DNA from: a virus
DNA: 64,000 nucleotides
Direction: 5' to 3' (one strand)
IMG/VR virus record: IMGVR_UViG_3300043446_003177
Location: 1 to 64,000 of that record
Shown here: positions 47,201 through 58,100 of the stretch, piece by piece
Position numbering within the stretch: position 1 is the stretch's first letter
Layout: every line of letters starts with the position of its first letter
Notes under the pieces: generated by a model
Database searches by the model: none
What the model was told of the DNA's origin: nothing
The model's input: the letters and a program-made list of their open reading frames with translations, nothing else
Made by a program: the position numbers and the translations under genes

Positions 47201-49879
47201 CTAACGATTATTAATAGTGGAAATGGACCTTCAGTTGCTCCATTTAGAGGATCAGTAACAGCAACAACAGATATTTACGGAAACGCAATTCCCGAAGATA
47301 TCCTGTCTTTCCAATCTACTGGTGATAAGTATTTGCAACCAATTCAATATTTGTATCCACAAACAAATAGGGATAATCCTGTATCAGATCCTCCACCATC
47401 AGTATCTTTTGCATTGCCTGATCCAATTGGTCAAGTTATTATCAATAACCCAGAGCACAGTATTTCTAAAGAAACTCTTGGAAGAGCACTTGTAGACTTG
47501 GGAGTTGGTGTTGGATTAACGAACATTGTTTCTTCTTTAGATGGACCATCAGTTTCTCAATATAATCATACAATCTATACCAGACTTGAGCATGGATATA
47601 ATAGGGCAACTGGACTTACAATTTTAAGTGGTGGTTATAATTATGGATTTGGTGTCTCTGGAACTTTATACAATGCTCGTTTAGTAAATCCAGGAATTAC
47701 GCCGTTCACTGTAGGAGAGGCTGCTACTGCTGCAATTAAAGTTAATTCTAGTGGTTCTATTACTGGAATTAGTATAATGGATGGTGGTAGTGCTTATAAA
47801 GTTGGAGATGTTCTTGCTGTTGTTGGTGTTGTAACTGCGGCTGGAACTGGACTTGGTATTCACACTGTTGGATTAGTTCAAGTAACTAGCATTTATGATA
47901 ACGTTGGAGATACTGTTTCTGTTCAGGGAGTCGTTCCTCCAATCTATGATAGTTACAATACTCTTTATAAGATTACGTCAGTACCCACTCCAACTTCACT
48001 TTCTGTAAAATCTACTGATGCAGTGACTGCAGCAAATCCTCTTGGAGTCGGAGCTACGTTTACTTTATATTCTGTTCTTCAGAATAATGCTCCTTCTATA
48101 AAAATTAGTAATCTTACATATGATTTCCGTACAGGAATTGCTACTGTTAATTGTACAGATAGTCATGGAATATTTGTTGATAGTAAGGTTAAACTTGGTG
48201 GATTTGATGAACCAATTTTCAACAGTTATTCTATTGTTAAAAAAATTAATAGTTTTACTTCTTTCAATATTAAAGTTGGAGTCAGCACAGTCGCAATTTC
48301 AACTGGTGGAAGTGATTTAACTGTTTATAAGGCTGGATTTGGTGCTAATGGTGGCGCATTAAGTAAAGAAAAGGAGAGAGTATCTGCTAGACTCGTTACT
48401 GAATATGCAGGAATTACGACTGTTTTAGGTGCATCGATTGTAGATACTACTGTTTCTACCGTCGTGATTCAAAATGTACAAAAATTTGACTTCAAGATTG
48501 GAGACTTCTTCTCAGTTGATGATGAAGTCTTTAGAATCAAGGCAGCTCCTGGAATTGGAAGTGCTTTATCAAACCCAGTTTCTGTGTTCAGAGGTGTATT
48601 TGGATCGAGAAAATCTCCTCACCCAATTGGATCTTCCGTAAGAAGAATCTATGCTAGACCTTCAGAACTAAGAAGACACTCTATTGTAAGAGCATCTGGT
48701 CATACATTTGAATATGTTGGATTTGGTCCTGGTAATTATTCTACGGCTCTTCCAAGTTATCAAGATAGAGAACTAAGACCAGCAGAAGATCTTATTTCCA
48801 AGTCTCTTCGTGTTAATGGTGGTATCAATGTATTCACTGGAATGAATAATGATGGTGACTTCTTTATCGGTAACAAGAGAGTAAGTTCTGCTACTGGACA
48901 AGAGGAAATCTTTGATGCTCCTGTTCCATCAGTTACTGGTGAAGATATTACCTCCACTCTAGGTGGTCTGAGTGTAGGATTTGATTTAATCACTCCACTT
49001 GAAGCAAAAATTGATAGATCATTGAGAGTTGATGGTGGATCCGACAATAATGTTATCTCCGAATTTAACGGACCAGTTGTATTCAATAACCAAATTATTT
49101 CTAATACTGAAAGAGGAGTTCAAGTTAAGAACCTCGTCCTTCAGGGTGAGTCTGATACAACTCAAAAGTTAAGTGTTGGAATTTCTACTCCAACTGTTGC
49201 TGGTGATTATGGAGACGTTACATTTACAGATAATCCAATTAGTGGTGGTTATATTGGTTGGGTCTATACAGTTGATAACAAGTGGGAAAGATTTGGTCCA
49301 ATCCAAAAGACTGATAGATATGTTGGAATTTGGTCTGGAATGGGTCTAAATGTTCCATCATTCTTCGGAGACGGTTCTGGACTTTATAATGTTTCTGATA
49401 TTTGGGAGACTGATGCGGTTGGTATTCATACAACTGTAAACATTGGTATTGGAACCTTATCCGCAAAGGCGGGAGTTTCGATGTTCGTTAATGGAACAGT
49501 TGAGATTGCTGGAGTTTCTACCTTCACAAATACAACTCAATCTACAAGTGCATCAAACGGTTCTGTAGTTATTAGAGGTGGAGTTGGTATTGGTAGTAAC
49601 TTAAATGTTGGTCAGGACTTTGGAGTAATTGGTGAAAGCACATTTGCAAATAATGTTTATATTTCTCCTTTACTTGATGTTACTGGTCAATCTAATTTTG
49701 ATACAATCAGAGTTTCTGGTATATCTACTTTTGAAAATAGAGTAGGATTTAATACTTATGTTTTCATTGGAAATGGACTAAGAGTTGCTGGAATTACCAC
49801 ATTTAATAGTAATGTGTTCTTCGGATCAGTTCCATATAGAGCTCTAATTTCAAGTTATGCTATTGTCTTTGGGGTTTGA
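44267..49879 (+). CDS. Large virion structural protein (baseplate/fibre, 1870 aa)
   Basis: IIYVDP...GNSLTRPFKTLQRAL, beta-helix-like N-half, RASGHTFEYVGFGPGNYSTALP; late promoter near 44229. Confidence 0.7.
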   Translation: MGLSRLNNFLKNPRGEIIYVDPSSLDSTDSIENQGNSLTRPFKTLQRALIEAARFSYQAGKNNDRFGRTTIMLYPGEHTIDNRPGLIPIHEAPISGNNFLARSGTPTNNFYELDAASNFDLESQDNVLYKFNSIHGGVIIPRGCSIVGLDLRKTTLRPRYVPNPENDQIERSAVFRVTGASYFWQFTLLDGSPSGYVYKDYTNNKFIPNFSHHKLTCFEYADGVNDVVINDDFVTWVSTRTDLEMYYEKIGIAFGPSSGRPVPAADSIYGDYPSTIDIEPKIDEFRIVGSPADSVGISSIKAGDGTTSSTTVTVTFTSPSNVFQVDSPIRVQGVTASGYNGQYVISEVVSSSQIKYTVQNPPSQPLPTINGSPTVTAVVDTVSSASPYIFNVSLRSVFGMCGLHADGDKATGFKSMVVAQFTAIGLQKDPNAFIKYDPTSGSYLDYTSPGNENIGSDSKARYNPKYENYHIKASNDAILQLVSIFAIGYANQFVADEGGDLSLTNSNSNFGARALIARGFKREAFLKDDTGYITHIIPPRELETEEITVEFLGIDVGVTTAVGAAASTRLYLYDYQDQDTPPNHVIQGYRFGARYDDKLYLTIIKPTGSEKVSTPILMEGTPGTGAEAVAKKVFTVGISGVGVNLIQNNVLTLTSPHTLRTGESVRVLSANGALPDGITFNQVYYAITSEYSPSLLPNQIKLAQTVNEAINDTPLIINSRGGLLTVESRVSDKDPGELGHPIQFDSVRNQWYITVPDSVDNEIYPIIKKYGIANLGETTSKTYLKRRPDPRPLSDTIFRLRYVIPKDSSIKGRPPLDGFIIQESNSSLPATTAEIQKYFGSTYQELSNSTELRNPKFISYAYWVDQPGFGKVAIISTEMPHNLFFGSEVEIRNIVSSGNLTAEYGKGFNGNFRVLTTISRKEFVIALPNNPGIFLSNTAVRTSSLPYYKRKKYLGTYVVYRTQEIQEYIQGEKDGIYYLTIINSGNGPSVAPFRGSVTATTDIYGNAIPEDILSFQSTGDKYLQPIQYLYPQTNRDNPVSDPPPSVSFALPDPIGQVIINNPEHSISKETLGRALVDLGVGVGLTNIVSSLDGPSVSQYNHTIYTRLEHGYNRATGLTILSGGYNYGFGVSGTLYNARLVNPGITPFTVGEAATAAIKVNSSGSITGISIMDGGSAYKVGDVLAVVGVVTAAGTGLGIHTVGLVQVTSIYDNVGDTVSVQGVVPPIYDSYNTLYKITSVPTPTSLSVKSTDAVTAANPLGVGATFTLYSVLQNNAPSIKISNLTYDFRTGIATVNCTDSHGIFVDSKVKLGGFDEPIFNSYSIVKKINSFTSFNIKVGVSTVAISTGGSDLTVYKAGFGANGGALSKEKERVSARLVTEYAGITTVLGASIVDTTVSTVVIQNVQKFDFKIGDFFSVDDEVFRIKAAPGIGSALSNPVSVFRGVFGSRKSPHPIGSSVRRIYARPSELRRHSIVRASGHTFEYVGFGPGNYSTALPSYQDRELRPAEDLISKSLRVNGGINVFTGMNNDGDFFIGNKRVSSATGQEEIFDAPVPSVTGEDITSTLGGLSVGFDLITPLEAKIDRSLRVDGGSDNNVISEFNGPVVFNNQIISNTERGVQVKNLVLQGESDTTQKLSVGISTPTVAGDYGDVTFTDNPISGGYIGWVYTVDNKWERFGPIQKTDRYVGIWSGMGLNVPSFFGDGSGLYNVSDIWETDAVGIHTTVNIGIGTLSAKAGVSMFVNGTVEIAGVSTFTNTTQSTSASNGSVVIRGGVGIGSNLNVGQDFGVIGESTFANNVYISPLLDVTGQSNFDTIRVSGISTFENRVGFNTYVFIGNGLRVAGITTFNSNVFFGSVPYRALISSYAIVFGV

Positions 49880-49931
49880 GTATTTTACTAAATAATAGAA
49901 AGCTAAAAAAGTCACACAATAAGAGGGTCTA

Positions 49932-52900
49932 ATGGCTAGAAAACTGATTTATGGTCCTGATATTCTAGGTTTTACTCCATCTACCGGTATTCTAACGGCA
50001 AAGGGATATATTCCTGGGCAAAGAGTATTATTGATTAATAATCAAACAATCAATACTTCTCTTTTTAATTTTTCTGACCCTCTAACAACAGTAACAACAA
50101 ATTATGATGGTACTGCGAACAAAACTACGATAGATTTATCTGTAGATACTTCGTCAATGAGTGCAGATGATAAACTGCAAATTTATTATGAGACTGAAGA
50201 CGTTACCTTTGAACCCGGCGCTGCTTATGTTGACGGAGTAAATAAATTCAGAGTTAGTGAAGGTGAATCGCTAATTGATACTGACTTTGAATATGGTCTT
50301 CAGTATTCAAAATGGGAAACGTTAAAGCAAGTTAACAATATTCCTACAACATATTCTCTTGCAGCAGCAACTCAAGATCCTCTTACTGTATCAAGTATTG
50401 ACGTTAAAAAAAATAGCACAACAGTAACCGTCAACTGTGCAGAACCTCATAATTTGATTCCAGGATCGATTGTAGAACTTATTGGTCTTGTTGAAAGTCT
50501 GTATGAAGGAACATATATTGTTAGTTCTGTTGCCGATGTAGATACATTTACTTATAAAGTAAAATTCAAGGCAAATAAATATAAAAATTTATTAACTCCA
50601 TATACCTTAGTATATCCTGGAGCATTTTATACTGGTTCTGGGGTTAATGTTCTTAATGTTGAAACTGATGCAAATCCTGTTGCAACTGGATCTACAATTA
50701 CTGTAACAACTCTAACTGATCATGGATTCAATGATGGAACTAAACTTTATCTTAAATCTTCTAGAGCTGTAAAAGTAAAGAAAATTGATAGTCCTGTAAA
50801 TATTATTGCTGGAACAGCAACTACTACGCAGAGATCGACAATTAACTCTGCAACAACACCAAATGATAATAGATATTTTGCAAACAAACCTATCATTATT
50901 GATGATTGGATTGGGGATTTTGAGATTAATTTCCCATTCTCTGCTGTTAATACATCAACTGGTCAATTTACTTATACAAGTAATCAGCAAGTTGGTATGG
51001 CTAGAACCACTCCTCTTGTTACTGGTGATGCAATTTCATTCTATACTCCTGTAGGCAATACTCTTCCTGGAGGAATTACATCTTTCAGAACTTTCTATGT
51101 ATTCAATGCATCTTCTGTAACAACTGGAATTACCACAACAAATAAAGTTGGAGTAACAACAACTACTTTCAATATTGCAAGCAGCTGGGGAAGTACAACT
51201 CCTTTCGTACCAACAAGCACTGGTAATACTCTGTATGGTAATCACAGAATTATAGTTGGAAATAAAGTTAATAATATTACCTCAAAAGATGTAATTACAT
51301 TTAGTAAAGCACACAAACTTAAAGTCAATGATACTTTAGTTGCAGTTTCCCCAAGTTCTGTTTCTAATGTAACAAGATCGAGATCGAACCATACAAAAAA
51401 TGAATACACTTATTACTATGTAAGAAAAGTAAACAGTACTACTCAAATAGAAGTATCAACTACTCAAGGTGGTAAAATTGCAAATATTAATAGTGGAGGT
51501 TCAACAGTAACTCCAGTTGCATCAAATATTTGCGTGTTTGCTAAAATTAAGGCGCATCCATATGCAAACTGTTTATGGTTACCACCTCAGGTTGGATTTG
51601 CAACACATCCGTATGAAACTGGAGATACTGTTAGATATACTGCTTCTGGTGGTGTTGGATTTGTTCCAGCAGGATTAACTAATAATGAAGATTATATCTT
51701 GAGAAGAAGATATCCAAATAGATTCTGGTATGATTTGCATCCAAAAACAACTCCTGCAATAAACGCTCCAATTAATCTTGTATTCAGTAATGCTGCTGCA
51801 GGAAATGTTTATGCTGGTATTCATACCATATCAAGAACAACTCCAAGTTTGGCCGCTTCTACTTTTAGAATTCCTATTCCCCCAAGAGGTGGTATAAACA
51901 ACAACAAATACTTACAGTATTCTTCTGGTGTAACTGTTTCTGCTGTTGGTAACCTTGTTAATAATGGATACTATTACGCTAAGACTGGGGATAAAGAAAC
52001 CATCATCAACCCAGGAATTAGTACAGTAAACGACAGATTCAGATTATCTGAATCAAATGCCGAAACTAGCATTTATGCGGTTGCATATTCCAAAAACCAA
52101 ACTTACATGGACATTTATGTAAATAACACAAATGTCGTTGGGTATGGAATTAGTGTAGGAAAAATGATCCAGGTTTCTGGATTTGATGGTACTCCATATG
52201 AGCAAAATATTTTAAACGGATTGCATTATGTCACTGGTGTTACTACATCTAATAGTGGTACATATAAATCAAAACCAAGAGTTAGAGTATTCTTCCCTAC
52301 AACAACTAAGAACAAATTTAACTCTGTTTCGATCGTAAAAGGAAGTACGAGTTTAAAAAATACTAGAGTTTGTGGAATTGTTTCTTTTTCATCTAATGGT
52401 GGTGTTGGAACTCATTTCTTATATGATAATAATGATAATGCCGTTGATGGTTTATATGAAATTGATAATTGCTCGGGAACTACATTTACATTTAATACTG
52501 GAGTAGAAGTACCAGCAATTGTTAAAACTTTTACTGGTGGTGTCGCTGCTGGTAATGTTGGTTGGGGAACTACTGCTGCTGATCCAATTAATAATTCAAC
52601 TTGGATTAAGGTTTTAAACCATAATTTTGCAGATGGTACGCAAGTAATTTATAATGTTGGATCTGGAAATTCTGCGATTGGTGGACTTGTAAATGGAACA
52701 GAATATTATGTTAGAGTTCGTGATAGAAACCACATTGGATTAACCACTATTGCTGTAGAAGCAGTAGACAGAATTCTTGATGATAATGATTATTTGATTA
52801 TCTTTAGTAGCGCAGGAGCTAATGCTGCACACTCTTTGACTTCAAATAGTATTAAAGGATTCCTTACTGGTGCTGGAACCATTGGATTCTCAACAACTTC

Positions 52901-55067
52901 TCAAATTATAACAGGAACAACACAAACTAGATTTAACTCTGATTTCTCCATTGGAGATATCTTCAGAGTTTATACTTTAAAACCATCTGGAAGTGGTCCA
53001 GGAACTTATTTTGAGTCTAGAATTACTCAAATCAAAAATAATCAAATTTTACAAATTGAACAACTACCTGAATATAATTCATCCGCTTCAAATTATTTTG
53101 TCCCAACAAGACTGTATCCTATTTCGGATGCAAGAATTTCGCATAGATCTTATGATGGTGGAATTGCAATGACTCCTGGTTTAGTACCAAATACTCAGGT
53201 AATTCGTCAAACAAGAAGATACTTTAAGTATCAATCTGGTAAAGGAATTCAATGTTCAATGGCGGTTAACTTCAATCCAACTATTGATATTGATCAAATT
53301 ACTCCATATGGAACAGTCGGAGTTACCACTATTGCTCTTATTGATTGTAAATATCCTCATGGTCTTGCTGATAGTGCAACTGATCTTGAAGATTTAAGAA
53401 TTCATGTTATGGGATGTGAAGGACCATATGATGATGATTATAATCAAGATTTCCCATTAGTCAATATAATTGATCAATATTCATTCACTGTTGCATTCCC
53501 AGATGAAGTTCCTAAAAAAGAACCTTTAGGATTCCCCAAATTCTCTGTACTTAATTGGGGAGATGCTGATGTAAGTATTAAGTGTGGAATGTTTGATGCC
53601 CAGAATGGATTCTTCTTTAAATATAATGGTTCTAAACTTTATTGCGTAAGAAGATCTTCAACCACTCAACTTGCTGGATGGGTCAACGTACAAACTTTAG
53701 AAACTGAAGTAAGAGGTGTTGATACTAGTTTTGTTGAGCAACTTGCCGCAAATGATAGAATTGTAATTAGAGGTCAGACTTATAAAGTTGTTAGAGTTGT
53801 TGATGATGATCAAGTTTATATTCAACCAGGATATAGAGCTAGAAGTCAAAATAGAGTGTTTGCAAGTAAAGTAATTGATACTGAAATTCCTCAGGAAGAT
53901 TGGAGTATTGACCCATGCGATGGAACAGGAAGATTTGGTTATGACTTAGACGTTAATAAAATCCAGATGATCTACATGGATTATTCTTGGTATGGTGCTG
54001 GTAAGATTCGTTATGGATTTAAAGATCAAACAGGAAACTTGAGATATGTGCATGAATTTGTACATAATAATGATTTTACTGAGGCATACTTTAGATCTGG
54101 TAACCTACCTGTTAGATACGAAATTGAAACTTTAGATACACCATTATTCAGCCCAACTCTCTATCATTGGGGAGTATCAGTCATTATGGATGGTGGATAT
54201 GATGAAGATAAGGGATACTTATTCAGTGCTGACTCCAATGCATTACCATTTACAAATGGTGGTTATGCGAACAATGGTACTGGAACAAGACCTGTTGGAA
54301 GTACTACAAATGGATCTAAAATTATCACCGCAATTAACGCAACAGAAGCAAGCACTCTTGTTGTAGGTGAGGTGGTTGAAGATAATGCTTCATCTTCAAC
54401 ATTCCCAGCAGGAACTAAAATTACTGCTATTGAAATAGATCAGACCAATGCTACTACAAGATCAAGTAATACTTATCAGGTCACTGTAAGTAAAAACGCA
54501 ACATCTGGTGGATCTAAGACATTTAATATTTACTCTGGAACTTCTACTCAACTTAAAAATTATGTTCCTCTTGTATCAATTCGTCTTGCACCATCTGTTG
54601 ATAATGGATTAACTGGTAGTCTTGGATTTAGAGATTTGATCAATCGTATGCAGATTGTTCTTAGAGAAGCGAGCATCTTAACAACTCATGATTGTGAGGC
54701 TGCTCTTTACTTAAATGCTGAACTTTCTGATGATAACTTCTTCCAAGTTGGGCCTCCAAGTTTGTCTCAAATTTATAAGCATGAGGTAGGTGATTATTTC
54801 ACTGGAGGTACAAAAATTTATTCATTCCGTGTTTCTGGTGGTGGTATTGTAAACACTACTAGCGGTAAGAGAGGATTGAATATTTCTAAGATTGATCTTA
54901 ACGATATTGCGGTCTTAGGAAATTCAATTCTTGGTGGAGATAGAGTTTTCCCTGACGGTCCAGATATTCTAACTTTGGTTGCAAAACCAATTGATACCTC
55001 TCAGGTTACTGGTTCTTCTCCATTAATTCTATCTGCACGTATTACTTGGGCTGAACAACAAGTCTAA
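49932..55067 (+). CDS. Large virion structural protein (1711 aa), paralog of 9579..12653
   Basis: Shared motif blocks plus inserted H...G..V.Y...GL.....YY repeats. Confidence 0.7.
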   Translation: MARKLIYGPDILGFTPSTGILTAKGYIPGQRVLLINNQTINTSLFNFSDPLTTVTTNYDGTANKTTIDLSVDTSSMSADDKLQIYYETEDVTFEPGAAYVDGVNKFRVSEGESLIDTDFEYGLQYSKWETLKQVNNIPTTYSLAAATQDPLTVSSIDVKKNSTTVTVNCAEPHNLIPGSIVELIGLVESLYEGTYIVSSVADVDTFTYKVKFKANKYKNLLTPYTLVYPGAFYTGSGVNVLNVETDANPVATGSTITVTTLTDHGFNDGTKLYLKSSRAVKVKKIDSPVNIIAGTATTTQRSTINSATTPNDNRYFANKPIIIDDWIGDFEINFPFSAVNTSTGQFTYTSNQQVGMARTTPLVTGDAISFYTPVGNTLPGGITSFRTFYVFNASSVTTGITTTNKVGVTTTTFNIASSWGSTTPFVPTSTGNTLYGNHRIIVGNKVNNITSKDVITFSKAHKLKVNDTLVAVSPSSVSNVTRSRSNHTKNEYTYYYVRKVNSTTQIEVSTTQGGKIANINSGGSTVTPVASNICVFAKIKAHPYANCLWLPPQVGFATHPYETGDTVRYTASGGVGFVPAGLTNNEDYILRRRYPNRFWYDLHPKTTPAINAPINLVFSNAAAGNVYAGIHTISRTTPSLAASTFRIPIPPRGGINNNKYLQYSSGVTVSAVGNLVNNGYYYAKTGDKETIINPGISTVNDRFRLSESNAETSIYAVAYSKNQTYMDIYVNNTNVVGYGISVGKMIQVSGFDGTPYEQNILNGLHYVTGVTTSNSGTYKSKPRVRVFFPTTTKNKFNSVSIVKGSTSLKNTRVCGIVSFSSNGGVGTHFLYDNNDNAVDGLYEIDNCSGTTFTFNTGVEVPAIVKTFTGGVAAGNVGWGTTAADPINNSTWIKVLNHNFADGTQVIYNVGSGNSAIGGLVNGTEYYVRVRDRNHIGLTTIAVEAVDRILDDNDYLIIFSSAGANAAHSLTSNSIKGFLTGAGTIGFSTTSQIITGTTQTRFNSDFSIGDIFRVYTLKPSGSGPGTYFESRITQIKNNQILQIEQLPEYNSSASNYFVPTRLYPISDARISHRSYDGGIAMTPGLVPNTQVIRQTRRYFKYQSGKGIQCSMAVNFNPTIDIDQITPYGTVGVTTIALIDCKYPHGLADSATDLEDLRIHVMGCEGPYDDDYNQDFPLVNIIDQYSFTVAFPDEVPKKEPLGFPKFSVLNWGDADVSIKCGMFDAQNGFFFKYNGSKLYCVRRSSTTQLAGWVNVQTLETEVRGVDTSFVEQLAANDRIVIRGQTYKVVRVVDDDQVYIQPGYRARSQNRVFASKVIDTEIPQEDWSIDPCDGTGRFGYDLDVNKIQMIYMDYSWYGAGKIRYGFKDQTGNLRYVHEFVHNNDFTEAYFRSGNLPVRYEIETLDTPLFSPTLYHWGVSVIMDGGYDEDKGYLFSADSNALPFTNGGYANNGTGTRPVGSTTNGSKIITAINATEASTLVVGEVVEDNASSSTFPAGTKITAIEIDQTNATTRSSNTYQVTVSKNATSGGSKTFNIYSGTSTQLKNYVPLVSIRLAPSVDNGLTGSLGFRDLINRMQIVLREASILTTHDCEAALYLNAELSDDNFFQVGPPSLSQIYKHEVGDYFTGGTKIYSFRVSGGGIVNTTSGKRGLNISKIDLNDIAVLGNSILGGDRVFPDGPDILTLVAKPIDTSQVTGSSPLILSARITWAEQQV

Positions 55068-55102
55068 TAAATAGAAAAAACTCGGGTGGAGAGTGAAACC
55101 CC

Positions 55103-58100
55103 ATGTCTATCAATAAAAACTTTATTGTTAAAAATGGCCTTGAAGTTGGTACAAATGTAATTGTTGCTGATGAGTCTACGAAGAAGGTGGGTGTTGGAAC
55201 TACCCCATCTTCTTATAAACTTGAAGTATTTGGTGGACTGGGAACAAAAGATTTAACAGTAACTGGAGTATCTACTCTAACAACTATGAATGTTGTTGGA
55301 GTAGCGTCTTTTGTAAATCTAAGACCTCAAGGCATTTCTTGCATTGGAGTTGTTACTAGTGCTCAGTTTTCTACTGGATATCCTGGATTAGCTACTGCTA
55401 TTGGAATTACAACTGATACTATTAGTGGACCTTCTGAGTTATTCATTGATCCTGCTCCGATAGGGACTGATCTTGGAGTTCTTCATATCAAAGGTGATTT
55501 GTATGTAGATGGATCTTATGTTTCTCTATCTGCTGGAGATCTTGATGTAGCAGACAAACTCATTGGAATTTCATCAAATGCTTCACCTGATGATGCAACC
55601 ACTGCAGATCAAAGTGGTATAAAAGTTTATGGTACAACAGATAAGACATTTGTATATAACTATGCATCAGATTCCTGGTTATCTGATCAAAATTTAGATA
55701 TTTCTGTTGGTAAAACATATAAAATTAATGGTGTCGATGTATTATCAAGTAATACTTTAGGTTCTGGAGTTACAATTTCTAGTTTACAGGATGTTGGTAC
55801 ACTCAGAAATTTAAACGTACAGGGTTATATAAACGCTGCTGGAGGTATTGTTGGAGTTTTAACTGGTACTTCTACTGGATTGAGTGGAACCCCAGATATC
55901 CTAGTTGGTTTAGTAACCGCAAGCACAGTATATGTTGGATCGGCTTCAACATTAGATTCCAGTGGTATCAATGTAACTGGAGTGGTAACTGCATCTTATT
56001 TCTATGGTGATGCTACAAACTTATTCAATGTTCCAATTAGTTCTAGATGGTTAATTAATAGCGCAGGTATCCACACCCTTGCAAATGTTGGAATCGGATC
56101 TACACTTCCAACATCAAAATTAACGGTAACTGGAGATTCTAGAATTACTGGAGTAGTAACGGCTCAAAAGTTTATTGGTGATGGATCTGGTTTAACTGGT
56201 GTTGTAGGAAGTGGTAGTGGTACTATTATCCAAGATGATGGTGTTTTAGTTGGTACTGCTGGTACAATTAATTTTGGAAATAATCTAATTGTTTCTCCAA
56301 TTTCTGCTGGTTTAGTTACAGTTACTGCAGAAAGTTCTCCTTGGGTATTCACATCTTCTGGTATTCATACCCTTGGAAATGTCGGAGTCGGAACCACAAA
56401 TCCAGCAGCATTATTAGATGTTTTTGGAAATGTCTCGGTAGGGAATAGTACAACATCAAATGCATCAATTACCAGAAAGAATACAGATTCTGGATTAGTT
56501 TTAAGTGGAAACGGTGCAAATATTGAACTTTATGGTTCTGACCACGCATCTTTTGCAGGTGAAGCTTATTATGATGCTTTAGATCATAACTTTAGAAATA
56601 TTGACTCATCAATAGTTTATGCAAGTATAAGCACCAATACTTCTTATTTTAACAATACTGTTTTAATTGGATCTGCAACATCAACTGGAACTGTAGATCA
56701 AGATCTTCAAATAACTGGTGGTGCTTATGTTTCTGGTAATTTGGGTATAGGAACGACAAATCCAAACTCTAAACTATCTGTTTTTGGATCTGTTGATATT
56801 TCTGGTGGAACAGTTACTTTTGGATCAACTATATTCCAAGGAAATAGTAGACTTGGTTGGGGAGTTGGTAGTTTTAACACTACTAATTTAACATTTGGAA
56901 TCAATGCTGGTGCAGCAACTACAAATGGAACCTCCAACGTTGCTATAGGTCACTCTTCTCTATTCTTATCTCAGACTGGATTTGGAAATGTTGCTATTGG
57001 TAATTCTGCTGCTAGAGGATTAACGAGAGGAAGTGGAAACATTGCGGTGGGGCACAGGGCTTTGAGTGCTCCTTTCCAGGTAGATTTGACTGGAAGTGGT
57101 AATATTGCTCTTGGATATCTTGCTGGTAGAGATTTATCTCTTGGTGCAAGCGGAAACGTCATTATTGGTAGCGCAGATCCATCACTTTCATCTCCAACTG
57201 GTTTTGTCTTAGCACCACCTCTTCCAACTGGAAATGAACAACTTGTAATAGGATCTTACAATGGAACATGGATACATGGTAATAGCAGTTATAATGTTGG
57301 ATTAGGTGTAACGAATCCTTCATATAAACTGCATGTTGATGGAACTGTAAGGGGCAGTTTGTTTATTGGTGATGGATCTGGACTTACTGGATTCAACGCA
57401 ACTGGTGTTGGTATGGAGGTTCGTGATGATGATATTCTTGTTGGTGTTGCAACTATTATAAACTTCGGTGATAATGTAAATGTAACACAAATTTCAACGG
57501 GTATTATTACAGTAACTTCTCCTAGAAGTCAGTGGGTTAATACAAATGCAGGTATTCATACACTCTCTAGTGTTGGTATTGGTAGCACAAATCCTCAATC
57601 CAGGTTAACTGTATATGGTGATGCAAGAATATCTGATGGATTATCAGTAACTGGTGTTACTACAATTACAACAGTAGGTGCAGATGTTGCAACTCTAAAA
57701 ATTAAATCTGATTATACGGACGCAAAAATCGTTATTGAAAGAGATGAAATTGTAGATAAGGCTCAAATTGAATTTTACAGCGAAGAGTTAGGTGTAAATG
57801 ATTTCACTATTGGTTTATCTGGAGATCGAGTATTTAATTTCTTAGATGAAAATGGAAGTCAACTTGTTGGTATCGATACCACTGGAAACCTTAAGGTTGC
57901 TGGTATTGTAACTGCTAGTGGTTTTGTTGGTGATATTTCTGGTACTAACTTTAATCTTAGTGGAATATCAACACTCAATACCATTCAAACAAACGCTCTG
58001 AAAGTTTCTGGAATCACTACTACAGATTTCTTAAATATTGCTGGAACCAATGTAATCAGTTCTGGAAGACAACTTCAGAATATTGTTTCTCTTGATGCGA